A stretch of DNA of 64,000 nt from Chitinophagaceae bacterium (GTDB lineage: Bacteria > Bacteroidota > Bacteroidia > Chitinophagales > Chitinophagaceae). The position numbers and the translations under genes are program-made. The DNA is taken from NCBI GenBank assembly GCA_044353325.1, contig JBILCF010000001.1, positions 5,284-69,283 of the forward strand. Reading direction: 5' to 3'. Below are positions 37,782-47,926 of the stretch, piece by piece. Every line of letters starts with the position of its first letter. Positions within the stretch are counted from its first letter, which is position 1. A model generated the notes under the pieces. It was given only the letters and a program-made list of their open reading frames with translations. It did no database searches and was not told the origin of the DNA.

Positions 37782-37803
37782 TATTATATAATTTCACCAC
37801 ATT

Positions 37804-38736
37804 ATGATGATTAAAAAAATAAACCTATTGGCATTGCTTTGCCTGACAATCAATGCGTTTGCACAAAGTAATAATCCCCGCTACATAAAAACGGAACAAG
37901 ACCAAGAACAAGTTATTGAAAGACAACCTTTCAATTCAAATATACCATTAAATGTGACAGCGCCTTCTTTGCCTAAAACATATACTTTATTTGGCGAAAA
38001 AATACCATTAGAGCAATGGGATATTCGCGAACGTTTTGATCGTGAATTGTTGGTCAATACCTATATGCAAGGTACAACATGTTATATCATCAAATTAATG
38101 GGTCGATACATGCCAATGATAGAGGAACGGCTTAAAGCAAACAATGTACCTGATGATTTTAAATATTTATGTATTGCTGAAAGTGCGTTGCAAAATCAAA
38201 TTTCAAAAGCAGGCGCTGTTGGGTTTTGGCAATTTATGAAAGGCACTGCACCAAGCTTTGGATTACATATCGACAATGAAGTCGATGAGCGATATAATCC
38301 TGAAAAAGCAACTGACGCTGCATGTGCATATCTAAAACAAGCCTACAACAAATTTGGCAACTGGACAGCAGCCGCGGCCTCATACAATTGTGGTATGGGT
38401 GGATACAATGGCGCTATGACAGCTCAAGGTGAAAGTAGTTTTTATAATTTGCAATTGCCCGAAGAAACGATGCGTTATATTTTTAGAATTGCAGCATTAA
38501 AATATATTTTATCAGAACCTGCTCGTTCTGGATTTAAATTTGGATACGACGATGTCTACCATCCTGTCAATGTCAAAAAAGTAACAGTAACATACGGTCT
38601 TGGTGATTTGATTCAGTATGCTAAAAACAAAGGCACGACTTACAAAATGATCAAGTTACTCAATCCTTGGATGCGTGAAAAGTATTTAAATAATCCAGGC
38701 GGTCGAACCTACACAGTATTATTACCGGCAAATTAG
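37804..38736 (+). CDS. lytic transglycosylase (SLT) domain protein
   Basis: 310 aa. Signal peptide. Catalytic region CIAESALQNQISKAGAVGFWQFM and YNCG motif. Confidence 0.75.
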   Translation: MMIKKINLLALLCLTINAFAQSNNPRYIKTEQDQEQVIERQPFNSNIPLNVTAPSLPKTYTLFGEKIPLEQWDIRERFDRELLVNTYMQGTTCYIIKLMGRYMPMIEERLKANNVPDDFKYLCIAESALQNQISKAGAVGFWQFMKGTAPSFGLHIDNEVDERYNPEKATDAACAYLKQAYNKFGNWTAAAASYNCGMGGYNGAMTAQGESSFYNLQLPEETMRYIFRIAALKYILSEPARSGFKFGYDDVYHPVNVKKVTVTYGLGDLIQYAKNKGTTYKMIKLLNPWMREKYLNNPGGRTYTVLLPAN

Positions 38737-38771
38737 TGCTTAGATTTTCGTACATTTACCTCAATAGTTTT

Positions 38772-39530
38772 ATGGAATACACGCTCAAAAAATCGCTCGG
38801 TCAACATTTTCTTCACGATGAAATGATTTGCAAACAAATTGTAGATGCCTTGTCTACTGATGCAAAAAAAGTGTTGGAGATTGGTCCAGGTGCTGGTGCA
38901 TTGACGAAATATTTGGTAAAAATGCCTTTCGAAGAATATAAATGTATTGAATTAGATAAAGAAAAAGTAGACTATATCATTCGTCATTTTCCTACCTTAA
39001 AAGAGCATGTCGAACACGATGATTTTTTGCAAGCCGAACGTCCATTTGAAGGTCACTTTTCTGTAATAGGAAACTTCCCATATAATATTTCTACTCAAAT
39101 TATTTTTAAACTGTTGGACTGGAAAGAAGATGTAGACGAAATCGTGGGCATGTTTCAAAAAGAAGTTGCACAACGTATTGCATCGCCTCATGGCACCAAA
39201 AATTATGGAATCATGAGTGTCATTACCCAATGCTATTTTGATATTGAATACTTGTTCGATGTACCTGCAACGAGTTTTACACCACCGCCAAAAGTAGTAT
39301 CGGGCGTTATACGTTTGAAACGTAACAACAATCCTTATCAAGTTGATGATTATATCAAGTTTAAAAAGTTTGTCAAGGCTGCATTTAGTCAACGACGAAA
39401 GACACTTCGCAATAGTTTAAAATCGTATGTTGCAGCAGAAAAACTGACAAGTGAAATCTTTGGCAAACGCTCAGAACAATTGAGTGTACAAGCTTTTGTA
39501 GATTTATATAACGCAACAAAAAATTCTTAA
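38772..39530 (+). CDS. rsmA: 16S rRNA (adenine1518/1519-N6)-dimethyltransferase
   Basis: The ORF-track start at 38736 is GTG overlapping the upstream stop. ATG at 38772 gives MEYTLKKSLGQHFL. SAM site EIGPGAGALT and GNFPYNIST motif. Confidence 0.9.
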   Translation: MEYTLKKSLGQHFLHDEMICKQIVDALSTDAKKVLEIGPGAGALTKYLVKMPFEEYKCIELDKEKVDYIIRHFPTLKEHVEHDDFLQAERPFEGHFSVIGNFPYNISTQIIFKLLDWKEDVDEIVGMFQKEVAQRIASPHGTKNYGIMSVITQCYFDIEYLFDVPATSFTPPPKVVSGVIRLKRNNNPYQVDDYIKFKKFVKAAFSQRRKTLRNSLKSYVAAEKLTSEIFGKRSEQLSVQAFVDLYNATKNS

Positions 39531-39566
39531 GTACTTTAAAACACACATCAAAAAACACTATTTTGC

Positions 39567-40478
39567 ATGGTGAATCAAATACTCATTGCGGCTCCGATAT
39601 CAAACACTTTGAAAGAAGCGCTTCTTTCAAAAGGGTACAATTTGGTGGATGAACATTGTCTCGAATTAAATACTATAGTTGGTATTATCACTTCGAATAA
39701 GTTACAATTGAATGCAACTACGTTGCCCAATTATCCGAATTTGAAGTGGATAGCACGATTAGGTTCTGGCATGGAAATCATCGATACTGTTTATTGCGAT
39801 CAGCACAATATTCGTTATTTCAGTTCGCCAAAAGGCATAGCCAATGCTGTAGCTGAACATACCACAGGTATGCTGTTGAGTTTATTGCATCGTATTCCAA
39901 GTTCTTTTGCCGAAATACAGCAGCAAAAATGGATACGTGAGCCGAATAGAGGAGTTGAACTTGAACATAAAATTGTAGGCATAATAGGGTACGGACATAC
40001 TGGAAGTGCTTTTGCTTCAAAATTGAAAGCCTTCAACACAAGCATATTAGCTTACGACAAAAACAAATCTGGATTTGGCGATGACATCATTGAGGAATCA
40101 AGCTTAGAACGTATTCAAGCAGAAGCCGATATTATTTCGTTTCACGTACCGTTGAATGCTGAAACGCGACACTATTACAATCAAACTTTTTTAAACCAAA
40201 CCAAAAAAAATCATATTCTCATCAATGTATCTCGTGGAGCGGTATGTGATACAACTGTCATTCTTCAAGGGCTTCAAAGCGGTCAAATACATGGTGCATG
40301 TTTAGATGTTTTAGAAGAAGAAAAAAACATACATGACATCTTACTTCAAGTAGATAATATCATAGAAAGAATACTTCATCACAATGTCATTTTAACACCC
40401 CATATTGCTGGTTATTCTATGAATGCAATCGAGAAAATGAGTATGGAATTATGGTTACAACTCAACGAAATTATTTAG
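39567..40478 (+). CDS. D-isomer-specific 2-hydroxyacid dehydrogenase family protein
   Basis: 303 aa. NAD-binding GIIGYGHTGSAFA, catalytic-region NVSRG and LTPHIAG motifs. Confidence 0.8.
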   Translation: MVNQILIAAPISNTLKEALLSKGYNLVDEHCLELNTIVGIITSNKLQLNATTLPNYPNLKWIARLGSGMEIIDTVYCDQHNIRYFSSPKGIANAVAEHTTGMLLSLLHRIPSSFAEIQQQKWIREPNRGVELEHKIVGIIGYGHTGSAFASKLKAFNTSILAYDKNKSGFGDDIIEESSLERIQAEADIISFHVPLNAETRHYYNQTFLNQTKKNHILINVSRGAVCDTTVILQGLQSGQIHGACLDVLEEEKNIHDILLQVDNIIERILHHNVILTPHIAGYSMNAIEKMSMELWLQLNEII

Positions 40479-40479
40479 G

Positions 40480-40872
40480 ATGAAAAAATATACGAAGGAA
40501 ATTAATGTAACTGGAACCTATATCGATTTTAACGACCATGTCAATAATATTGAATTTATCAAATGGGCTCAATTTGTATCCGAGGAGCATTGGAACTTAC
40601 TCGCTACGCCACAAATGATTAATGATTATATCTGGGTTGTTTCTCGAAATGAAATAGACTACTTCAAACAAGTAAGACTTGGTGATACGATTCAATTGGT
40701 TACATGGATAGAATCTACTGTAAAAGCGACTTCTGTTCGTGTCATTGAAATATTTAATGTAACGCGAAATGAACTCGCAGCAAAAGCCAAAATCATGTGG
40801 TATGCATTAGATCCTCAAACCAAACGCCCAAAGCGAATAGCAGAAGATGCTAAACAATTATTTGAGGAATGA
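40480..40872 (+). CDS. acyl-CoA thioesterase (hotdog/4HBT fold)
   Basis: 130 aa. YIDFNDHVNN early in the sequence, and size, fit YbgC-like thioesterases. Confidence 0.6.
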   Translation: MKKYTKEINVTGTYIDFNDHVNNIEFIKWAQFVSEEHWNLLATPQMINDYIWVVSRNEIDYFKQVRLGDTIQLVTWIESTVKATSVRVIEIFNVTRNELAAKAKIMWYALDPQTKRPKRIAEDAKQLFEE

Positions 40873-40875
40873 CAA

Positions 40876-41487
40876 TTATGATTTGTATTGTAAAATGCCC
40901 TTAACAATTTTCTCGCACAACTCTACTTTATTTTTTTCATCAAGAATGACATTCAAATCTTTCTCATTTGAAAGATATCCCAATTCCAATAAAATAGTAG
41001 GGACTTTCATATCATCTAAGGATTTTAATTTACGAGAATCTACACCTAAAAATCTCATTTTGTTGAAATAGTATATTTCTGAGCTCATATATTTACTCAA
41101 CATGGTGTTCTCATACGTCAAGTTTGTTTTGCTGATGAAGCATTGCATACCATTTTGCGTAACATCTTTGCTGTAATTAAAATGTACCATGACATATACA
41201 TTAGCTTGATGCTTTCCAGCAAACTCATTTCGTTGGCTAAAATCTAGTTTTGTATCTCCTTCGCGTGTCATAAATACATTGATTCCTTTTGCTTCAGCTT
41301 GCTTTTTAATTTCTAATGCATACGCTAAAGCTAATTCTTTTTCAGTTTTGCCATTAGCAGCTATACCACCAGCATCATTTCCGCCATGACCTGCTTCCAA
41401 AACTAAATTAATTGTTTTTTGCGCAGTCGCAATATTGATAGAAAATAAACAAATGAACAAGGTTATGATGGATGCTATTGATTTCAT
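40876..41487 (-). CDS. N-acetylmuramoyl-L-alanine amidase (Amidase_3)
   Basis: 203 aa. Signal peptide. LEAGHGGNDAGG zinc-binding start, VHFN, and LLELGYLSNEKD motifs. Confidence 0.8.
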   Translation of the reverse strand: MKSIASIITLFICLFSINIATAQKTINLVLEAGHGGNDAGGIAANGKTEKELALAYALEIKKQAEAKGINVFMTREGDTKLDFSQRNEFAGKHQANVYVMVHFNYSKDVTQNGMQCFISKTNLTYENTMLSKYMSSEIYYFNKMRFLGVDSRKLKSLDDMKVPTILLELGYLSNEKDLNVILDEKNKVELCEKIVKGILQYKS

Positions 41488-41566
41488 TGTATAAAATTTT
41501 GATTTTGTTTTACTAATCTTTAGACGAAGTTATTGCAAGTTAGGTTTGAAAAGGGAATGTTATAGT

Positions 41567-42334
41567 TTATTTTTTAAGAAATTTGTCAATAGCGTTTCGT
41601 GTAAATGTACTAAGTACTAATTTGCCACTCATTGCTGCTCGATCTTCTAAAAGTGACCCCCAATGTTCAGTACCTGTCCAAAATACTTTTTTTAGCATAG
41701 CCATAGCCTCAGGATTACTGTGCGCTAGTTTATCTGCTAAATGATTCACTGCATCATCCAATTCTTCTGTATTTTTATACAATTCAGAATACAAACTATG
41801 TTTTTTAGCCCATTCAGCGCTACGCCATTCAGTGGCATCAATAGCCAATTGCGCAAAGCAAGATGTGCCTAGTTTTCGTTCTACAGCGGGCCCTACTACA
41901 AATGGACCAATACCTACAGCCAATTCGCTTAGTTTGACTGATGCTGCTTCGGTAGCAATACTGTAATCACAAGCAGCAGCTAAACCTACACCACCACCTA
42001 CGGCTTTGCCATGTATTCGACCAATGACAAATTTATGTGCTTTGCGTATTGCATTAATCACATTGGCAAAACCCATAAAGAATTTTTTACCATCAGCTTC
42101 ATTTTGAATGGCTACCAATTCGTCAAAACTTGCTCCAGCACAAAAAGCCCCAGTACCAGCGGAACGTAGAATGATAACTTTAATACGCTCATCTTGACCA
42201 GCTTTTTCAATAACTTTAGCCAAATCATTTAATATCTTGGCTGGTAATGAATTACTCGCAGGATGAAAAAATTCTATCGTAGCTATACCATGATCGAGTT
42301 CTGTATTTACATATCCTTGTGCTGTTTCTGCCAT
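41567..42334 (-). CDS. enoyl-CoA hydratase/isomerase family protein
   Basis: Start trimmed from TTG 42400 to ATG 42334 (MAETAQGY). Crotonase motifs GAFCAGASFDEL and GKAVGGGVGLAAACDY. Confidence 0.8.
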   Translation of the reverse strand: MAETAQGYVNTELDHGIATIEFFHPASNSLPAKILNDLAKVIEKAGQDERIKVIILRSAGTGAFCAGASFDELVAIQNEADGKKFFMGFANVINAIRKAHKFVIGRIHGKAVGGGVGLAAACDYSIATEAASVKLSELAVGIGPFVVGPAVERKLGTSCFAQLAIDATEWRSAEWAKKHSLYSELYKNTEELDDAVNHLADKLAHSNPEAMAMLKKVFWTGTEHWGSLLEDRAAMSGKLVLSTFTRNAIDKFLKK

Positions 42335-42479
42335 AATTGTCAAATTTTTGAATTTGTAAATATAAATTAAATTCTTGTCAAAATGTGGATACTGAAACAA
42401 TTTTAGTGGTTAACATCTGAATATTTATTGACTTTTACGCATAGTTTGCTTCAATAAGGGCAAATTCTGAATTACATTG

Positions 42480-42487
42480 TACATTTG
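42480..42487 (+). promoter_or_regulatory. -7-type box TACATTTG, 4 nt upstream of the mutL ATG
   Basis: Perfect TAnnTTTG, then cttc, then ATG 42492. Confidence 0.3.
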
Positions 42488-42491
42488 CTTC

Positions 42492-44336
42492 ATGCCTGAT
42501 ATTATTCAGTTATTGTCCGATAACATTGCCAATCAAATAGCTGCTGGAGAGGTCATACAACGACCGGCTAGTGCCGTAAAGGAGATGCTCGAGAATGCCA
42601 TAGATGCTGGCGCTACACAAATACATTTAATCATAAAAGACGCTGGAAAAGAACTCATTCAAGTCAATGACAATGGTAAAGGCATGAGCCCAACCGATGC
42701 ACGGGTGTGTTTTGAGCGCCACGCTACATCAAAAATTAAATCCATAGATGATTTATTTGCGATTCGTACAATGGGCTTTAGAGGCGAAGCATTGGCATCA
42801 ATAGCTGCTGTAGCTCAAGTGGAATTGAAAACACGAACGCTAGCAGACGAAATTGGCACTTGTATTCACATTGAAAATAGTACCGTAAAATCGCAGGAGC
42901 CTTGTCAAGCTTCAGTAGGAAGTAGTTTAATGGTAAAAAATCTATTTTACAACGTTCCAGCTCGGCGAAATTTTTTGAAATCCAATACAGCAGAAACACG
43001 CCATATTGTTGATGAATTTATACGAGTTGCTATGGCATTTCCTGCCATCACATTTCGCTTTACCAATAACAATACTGATATATTTAATTTAGAAGCAGGG
43101 AAACTTAAACAACGTATCATTGGCTTACTCGGCAACAACCTTAATACAAAACTTGTGCCTGTAGATGAACCAACAGAAATTGTTTCTATTCGTGGATTTG
43201 TAGCCTCACCCGATATGGCATCAAAAACGCGAGGCAATCAGTTTTTCTTTGTCAACAACCGATTCATCAAAAGTGCCTACCTCAATCATGCTGTTACCCA
43301 AGCTTATAGAGATTTAATAGCCAAAGATGAGTTTCCAATGTTTGTTCTTTTTATTGATATTGAACCCAATCGCATTGATATCAATGTTCATCCAACAAAA
43401 CAAGAAATTAAATTTGATGATGACAAAATCGTTTATTCTTTTGTCAATTCAGCTGTAAAACATGCCCTGAGTAAATACAGCATTGCACCGTCTTTAGATT
43501 TTAGTTTGGACTCCAACATTGAAACACTTACAGCAGTAACGCAACCCTTTTCGCGCGATACACAGGAACGAACCAAAGGTGATTTTTTGTTTCAATCTTT
43601 TGGCGAAAAAGGACGATCTCATTTTTTAGATAAAAAAGAAGATATACGCAACTGGAAAGATTTATACAAAATTCAGGATGAATTTAAACTTCAAGGTGAA
43701 CCTATACCTGCACAAACTGAAACTGAACTTATCGAGCATTCTACTACGTTAGATTTACCAGTTGAAGAGTTTACGCAACAGTTTATACAATTGAATGCCG
43801 CATATATAATCGCTACCACCAAAACTGGTTGTATATTTATCGATCAGCATTTGGCCCATCAACGTGTTTTGTACGAACAGTTTGAACATATCAATCAACA
43901 AGCTATTCCAATTCAAAAATGTCTAATACCTCAAACCATTGAGCTTCAACCCGCAGATGCTATTTTAGTTCAAAGTATTTTACCTGATTTATATTTGCTT
44001 GGTTATGAATTAGAAGAATTTGGGACCAATACATTCATTATTCAAGGTATTGCATCAGATGTAAAACCCGGCAATGAAAAAGCATCCATTGAAAAAATAA
44101 TCGATGCGTATAAATTTTATTCATCAGAAATCAAATTGGATAAACGTGAAAAATTGATTCGAACATTAGCGATGCAAAAAGCAATTCCATATGGTCAAAA
44201 ATTATCATCAGTCGAAATGCAAGAATTGTTTCAAAATTTATTGCGTTGCGAACAGCCACAGTTGTCGCCCGCAGGCAAAAAAATATTTGTAAAACTTGGT
44301 CATCAAGATATTGCACAATTGATACATCATGCCTAA
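42492..44336 (+). CDS. mutL: DNA mismatch repair protein MutL
   Basis: ATG at 42492 gives MPDIIQLLSDNIANQIAAGEVIQRPASAVKEMLENAIDA (GHKL ATPase). GFRGEALASI motif. C-terminal dimerisation domain. Confidence 0.95.
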   Translation: MPDIIQLLSDNIANQIAAGEVIQRPASAVKEMLENAIDAGATQIHLIIKDAGKELIQVNDNGKGMSPTDARVCFERHATSKIKSIDDLFAIRTMGFRGEALASIAAVAQVELKTRTLADEIGTCIHIENSTVKSQEPCQASVGSSLMVKNLFYNVPARRNFLKSNTAETRHIVDEFIRVAMAFPAITFRFTNNNTDIFNLEAGKLKQRIIGLLGNNLNTKLVPVDEPTEIVSIRGFVASPDMASKTRGNQFFFVNNRFIKSAYLNHAVTQAYRDLIAKDEFPMFVLFIDIEPNRIDINVHPTKQEIKFDDDKIVYSFVNSAVKHALSKYSIAPSLDFSLDSNIETLTAVTQPFSRDTQERTKGDFLFQSFGEKGRSHFLDKKEDIRNWKDLYKIQDEFKLQGEPIPAQTETELIEHSTTLDLPVEEFTQQFIQLNAAYIIATTKTGCIFIDQHLAHQRVLYEQFEHINQQAIPIQKCLIPQTIELQPADAILVQSILPDLYLLGYELEEFGTNTFIIQGIASDVKPGNEKASIEKIIDAYKFYSSEIKLDKREKLIRTLAMQKAIPYGQKLSSVEMQELFQNLLRCEQPQLSPAGKKIFVKLGHQDIAQLIHHA

Positions 44337-45291
44337 ACATTTGATTATTCTTTTAGTGGTTTTACTTTTTGGTAGTTGCAAAAAAAAGAGCATCAAATCA
44401 TCTTATATTGATTACTCCATTGCGGAAGATGTTCAATTAAATAAAATGGTATCTATAGGTAACAAATTAATCATTGTTGGTGGTGAGCGTTTTTACAAAG
44501 CTCGAATGTATAGTTTTGAAAAAAATTTAGTATCGCCTATTCCCTTACCTACAACAATTACGAACAAAGAAATTTATGGCATTGATATCAGCAGCAATGG
44601 CGGCTTATTAGCAGTTGGATATGATGCATCAATTTATACGAGCAATGATAGTGGATTCAGTTGGAATTTTATACAAGATCAATCCTGGAAAGAGTTTCAA
44701 TCTATTGCATTTAGAGATGTAGATTCTGCTTTTATTGTTGGCGGTTATGGATTTGAAAAAGGAATTTTAGTCCGAACGAATAAAGAAGGTGCAAGCGATG
44801 TTCAATTGAGACAAGAACAAAATTTCGAACTCACAGATATTCAATTTGTAACTTCGAGTACAGGATATTGTGCTGGATATGGTGCGATACTCAAGACAAT
44901 TGATGGTGGTCAAAATTGGAATTATACATCAGCAAAAAACGACTTTTATAAAGCCATGAGTTGGAAAAATACAACAGAAGGAGTTGCAGTTGGATTTAAT
45001 GGTAGTATAATTAAAACTACAGACGGTGGCGACACATGGAATACGATTCGAAATGGAAATCAATTTTTAAAAAAGAAATGTAGATTTTTAGACATTGCAT
45101 ATAACCAACAAAGCGTATATGCTGCAACAGGTGAAAAAGGATGCATTGTAATCAGTAAAGATGATGGTGAAACATGGTTGGAACTCGAACCATTTACCAA
45201 AAATGATTTACGTGGCGTCTGTTTTAAAAATCAAAATACAATAGTTGTAGTAGGAACACATGGCACCATTGCCGAAGTCAATATTCCATAG
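44329..45291 (+). CDS. BNR/Asp-box repeat beta-propeller lipoprotein (Ycf48-like)
   Basis: 320 aa. Lipobox LLFGSC. Repeated S/T-x-D-x-G-x-T/S-W motifs (SNDSGFSW, TIDGGQNW, TTDGGDTW, SKDDGETW). Overlaps the mutL stop by 8 nt. Confidence 0.6.
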   Translation: MPKHLIILLVVLLFGSCKKKSIKSSYIDYSIAEDVQLNKMVSIGNKLIIVGGERFYKARMYSFEKNLVSPIPLPTTITNKEIYGIDISSNGGLLAVGYDASIYTSNDSGFSWNFIQDQSWKEFQSIAFRDVDSAFIVGGYGFEKGILVRTNKEGASDVQLRQEQNFELTDIQFVTSSTGYCAGYGAILKTIDGGQNWNYTSAKNDFYKAMSWKNTTEGVAVGFNGSIIKTTDGGDTWNTIRNGNQFLKKKCRFLDIAYNQQSVYAATGEKGCIVISKDDGETWLELEPFTKNDLRGVCFKNQNTIVVVGTHGTIAEVNIP

Positions 45292-47778
45292 TTACTGTTT
45301 TATCAATTTACGGACAAAATTCTTTCCATTTTCAAAGTTAATATTAAGCGTATAAATGCCAGTTGGCAACGTATTTAAATTGATTTGTGTGCTTGTTTGT
45401 TTTTGCAACAAAGCTATACTTGAAGTATATACAGTTCTACCCAATGCATTTACAATATTATAAGAAGCATTTTTATCAATATCATTGGTCGAAATAGTTA
45501 TATTAAATTGCTTATCAAAAGGATTTGGGTACACAGCTATTTGATCTTCAATCAAGATGTTTTGACACGAGTTTTTAATTGAAGCTGTACCCAACTGAAT
45601 ATTTTTATGGTCAATATCCTGTTCAACCAGTTTGTAATAATTCATGACATTCGTTGAAGTATCTGTTAGTTGATATTCATTTTTAGAATACTTATTGTTG
45701 GCTTTAACAGTTCCTACAATTCGACTATAATTTTTTCCATCATTTGAATGATATACGACAAACGATTCTACGTTTTTCTCTGCTGATGTTTCCCAATCAA
45801 GTATTATTTTACAATCTTTTTCTACAGCAACAAAGGAATGAAATGTCAGCGGAAAAGGTGTTTCATTGAAATACTGTTTTGCTAAATTAAATGAGGCTAT
45901 ACCTACATCACGACCAATCAATCGACCTGGAATATCATCGAATGGAGGATGTATACCGCCCCAAATCCGAGACAAACTGGCTTCATTTGAAGCATCTTGA
46001 TAAGTTGCCCATTGCAATTTTACATTCGTTGATGGCCCTTTCTCTATCACTAAAAAACCACTGTTTGCTGGGATTTCATATTCAGCTAATCCACCTGGAA
46101 AATAGTTACTTCCTGTTAATAATGTCATCACTTCTGCACCTGCTCTTGAATAGGTAGAATGACCAGATACATAGCCTGCAAAAGGAGGTGTCACAAATGT
46201 TTTACGCTGGTACGGCATCCAACTTTCAGCTAAAATCCAACCAACTTTACCAACATCTACTGAAGAATCTGCAATGTATTTAAAACCTCGCCAAGACTTG
46301 ATTTTTATTTTATTCAAAAATTCATTGTTAACTCCAGCTAAAGAATCGCCGGCAGTTACAAGTTCGATGTAACCTGGAATCAAAGGAAGTCCACCTGGAT
46401 GAAAATGTGGCAAAGTCGAATCGCTGGATTGGCCATATTCGGCCATTTTGCGTATAGCAGATATTGGCCTAGGCGAATCGTACCAACCTTTCACACTCCA
46501 AGCAGCTATAGCTGCATCATGCATAGCAGAACCCAATACAAAATACGATTTAATATCCCATTCAAGATTATCTACCACATCTCCAACACCTTGAAAACGC
46601 TTGGTAAACAGCGGATGGTCTCCAACATCATTGAGCAATACAAACCAATGTCCAGGTGGCGTTTCTGAATGCGGACCGTCTGCCCAAAATTGTGATGCAA
46701 CACGCGTGTAATCACCACGTTTGATGAGGTTAGATGTGTAAGGTAAATTTGTTACTGGATTGATTGCATAGCCTTTTCCAGTATCACCACCATTGAAATA
46801 ATTATAATATTGTTGTGATTGAAAAATGCTAGATGACATTAAGTTTACGTTGCCTGTGTGAGCAGGCGAAATATCAATCATTGTGGTATCATCGGGATCT
46901 AAATGTGAAGACCAAATACTTACCATTGTATGTCCCCATTTGAACAATTGACTTGATGAATCGGCTCTATTGGTCATGTGCAATAATGGTGGAGTTCCCG
47001 GATTTTTATAAACATTGTAAATAAATCCACTTCTAAAATACATTGTCAAATCTAAATTTGACATTGAAAATGGTCGCACATTGCCCCATTCTGGCCCTAT
47101 AAATGCTGGTGTACTTGGTATAGGATTCCCACCTTGATCCAATGCTCCTTGAATAGTCATTTGTTGCCATCTGTTGGGATTTACCATATTAGGGTTTCCA
47201 AAACTATCTACAACTAATGGAGGATTAACAGGCGCGTAGCCAATAGCGCTATAATTTGCGATTTCATTTGAACCATCACCTAGTCCGAATTGAATTATTT
47301 TTTGACCAATATAATTGCCAAAATCTGCAGGCGTTCCATTTTGATAATTTACACTCGTATAATTGATATCGTAACCCAAGTTATTCATTAATGTATCAAA
47401 TCTGAGTTTAGTCACAATCGCATTGGGTGAATTGCTAAAACGATAAACTAGCAAACGATATACAGCATAGCTTATTGCCATTTGTTGAGATGCAACTGTA
47501 TCGTTCATCATGAGCGGAGCAGTTCCATTGTAAGCATAAGTCGTATTTCCAAACGTACGACCCAATACGTATTGATCAGCTTTTGGGTCATATGCAGCCC
47601 ATGCTTCATACATGGCTAATGAAAAATGAAAGAGATTTCTAGCTTGTACAGGTGGTCGTGCTAAATCTTGACGAATAGCCATTAACATGACTTCATTCCA
47701 TCTCCGTGCTATTGAATAATCAGCTAAAAGGCTATGACTAATGCACACAATAAATACTAATAGGTAAAATTTTTTCAT
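45292..47778 (-). CDS. secreted PAP2 / vanadium-haloperoxidase-like protein with T9SS C-terminal sorting domain
   Basis: 828 aa. Signal peptide. Motifs K-x6-RP (KGWYDSPRP), SGH (YVSGHSTY) and SR-x5-H-x3-D (SRIWGGIHPPFD). CTD is VYPNPFDKQFNI...GIYTLNINFENGKNFVRKLIKQ. Confidence 0.7.
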   Translation of the reverse strand: MKKFYLLVFIVCISHSLLADYSIARRWNEVMLMAIRQDLARPPVQARNLFHFSLAMYEAWAAYDPKADQYVLGRTFGNTTYAYNGTAPLMMNDTVASQQMAISYAVYRLLVYRFSNSPNAIVTKLRFDTLMNNLGYDINYTSVNYQNGTPADFGNYIGQKIIQFGLGDGSNEIANYSAIGYAPVNPPLVVDSFGNPNMVNPNRWQQMTIQGALDQGGNPIPSTPAFIGPEWGNVRPFSMSNLDLTMYFRSGFIYNVYKNPGTPPLLHMTNRADSSSQLFKWGHTMVSIWSSHLDPDDTTMIDISPAHTGNVNLMSSSIFQSQQYYNYFNGGDTGKGYAINPVTNLPYTSNLIKRGDYTRVASQFWADGPHSETPPGHWFVLLNDVGDHPLFTKRFQGVGDVVDNLEWDIKSYFVLGSAMHDAAIAAWSVKGWYDSPRPISAIRKMAEYGQSSDSTLPHFHPGGLPLIPGYIELVTAGDSLAGVNNEFLNKIKIKSWRGFKYIADSSVDVGKVGWILAESWMPYQRKTFVTPPFAGYVSGHSTYSRAGAEVMTLLTGSNYFPGGLAEYEIPANSGFLVIEKGPSTNVKLQWATYQDASNEASLSRIWGGIHPPFDDIPGRLIGRDVGIASFNLAKQYFNETPFPLTFHSFVAVEKDCKIILDWETSAEKNVESFVVYHSNDGKNYSRIVGTVKANNKYSKNEYQLTDTSTNVMNYYKLVEQDIDHKNIQLGTASIKNSCQNILIEDQIAVYPNPFDKQFNITISTNDIDKNASYNIVNALGRTVYTSSIALLQKQTSTQINLNTLPTGIYTLNINFENGKNFVRKLIKQ

Positions 47779-47875
47779 TCGCTAATCGTAGGTTAGTATT
47801 CTAAAATACAAAAATAGATAAGAAGTTGAAGGAATTAAACGTTCGAATAGGCTTTAACTAAAAACGAATAGATAT

Positions 47876-47900
47876 AAAAAAAGGGTCATATCTGACCCTT
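47876..47900 (-). terminator. intrinsic terminator of the PNGase F-like gene
   Basis: Minus strand reads aagggtca-gata-tgaccctt followed by a T-run. Confidence 0.75.
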
Positions 47901-47926
47901 TCATTATTAATTTATTACTTGTTATA

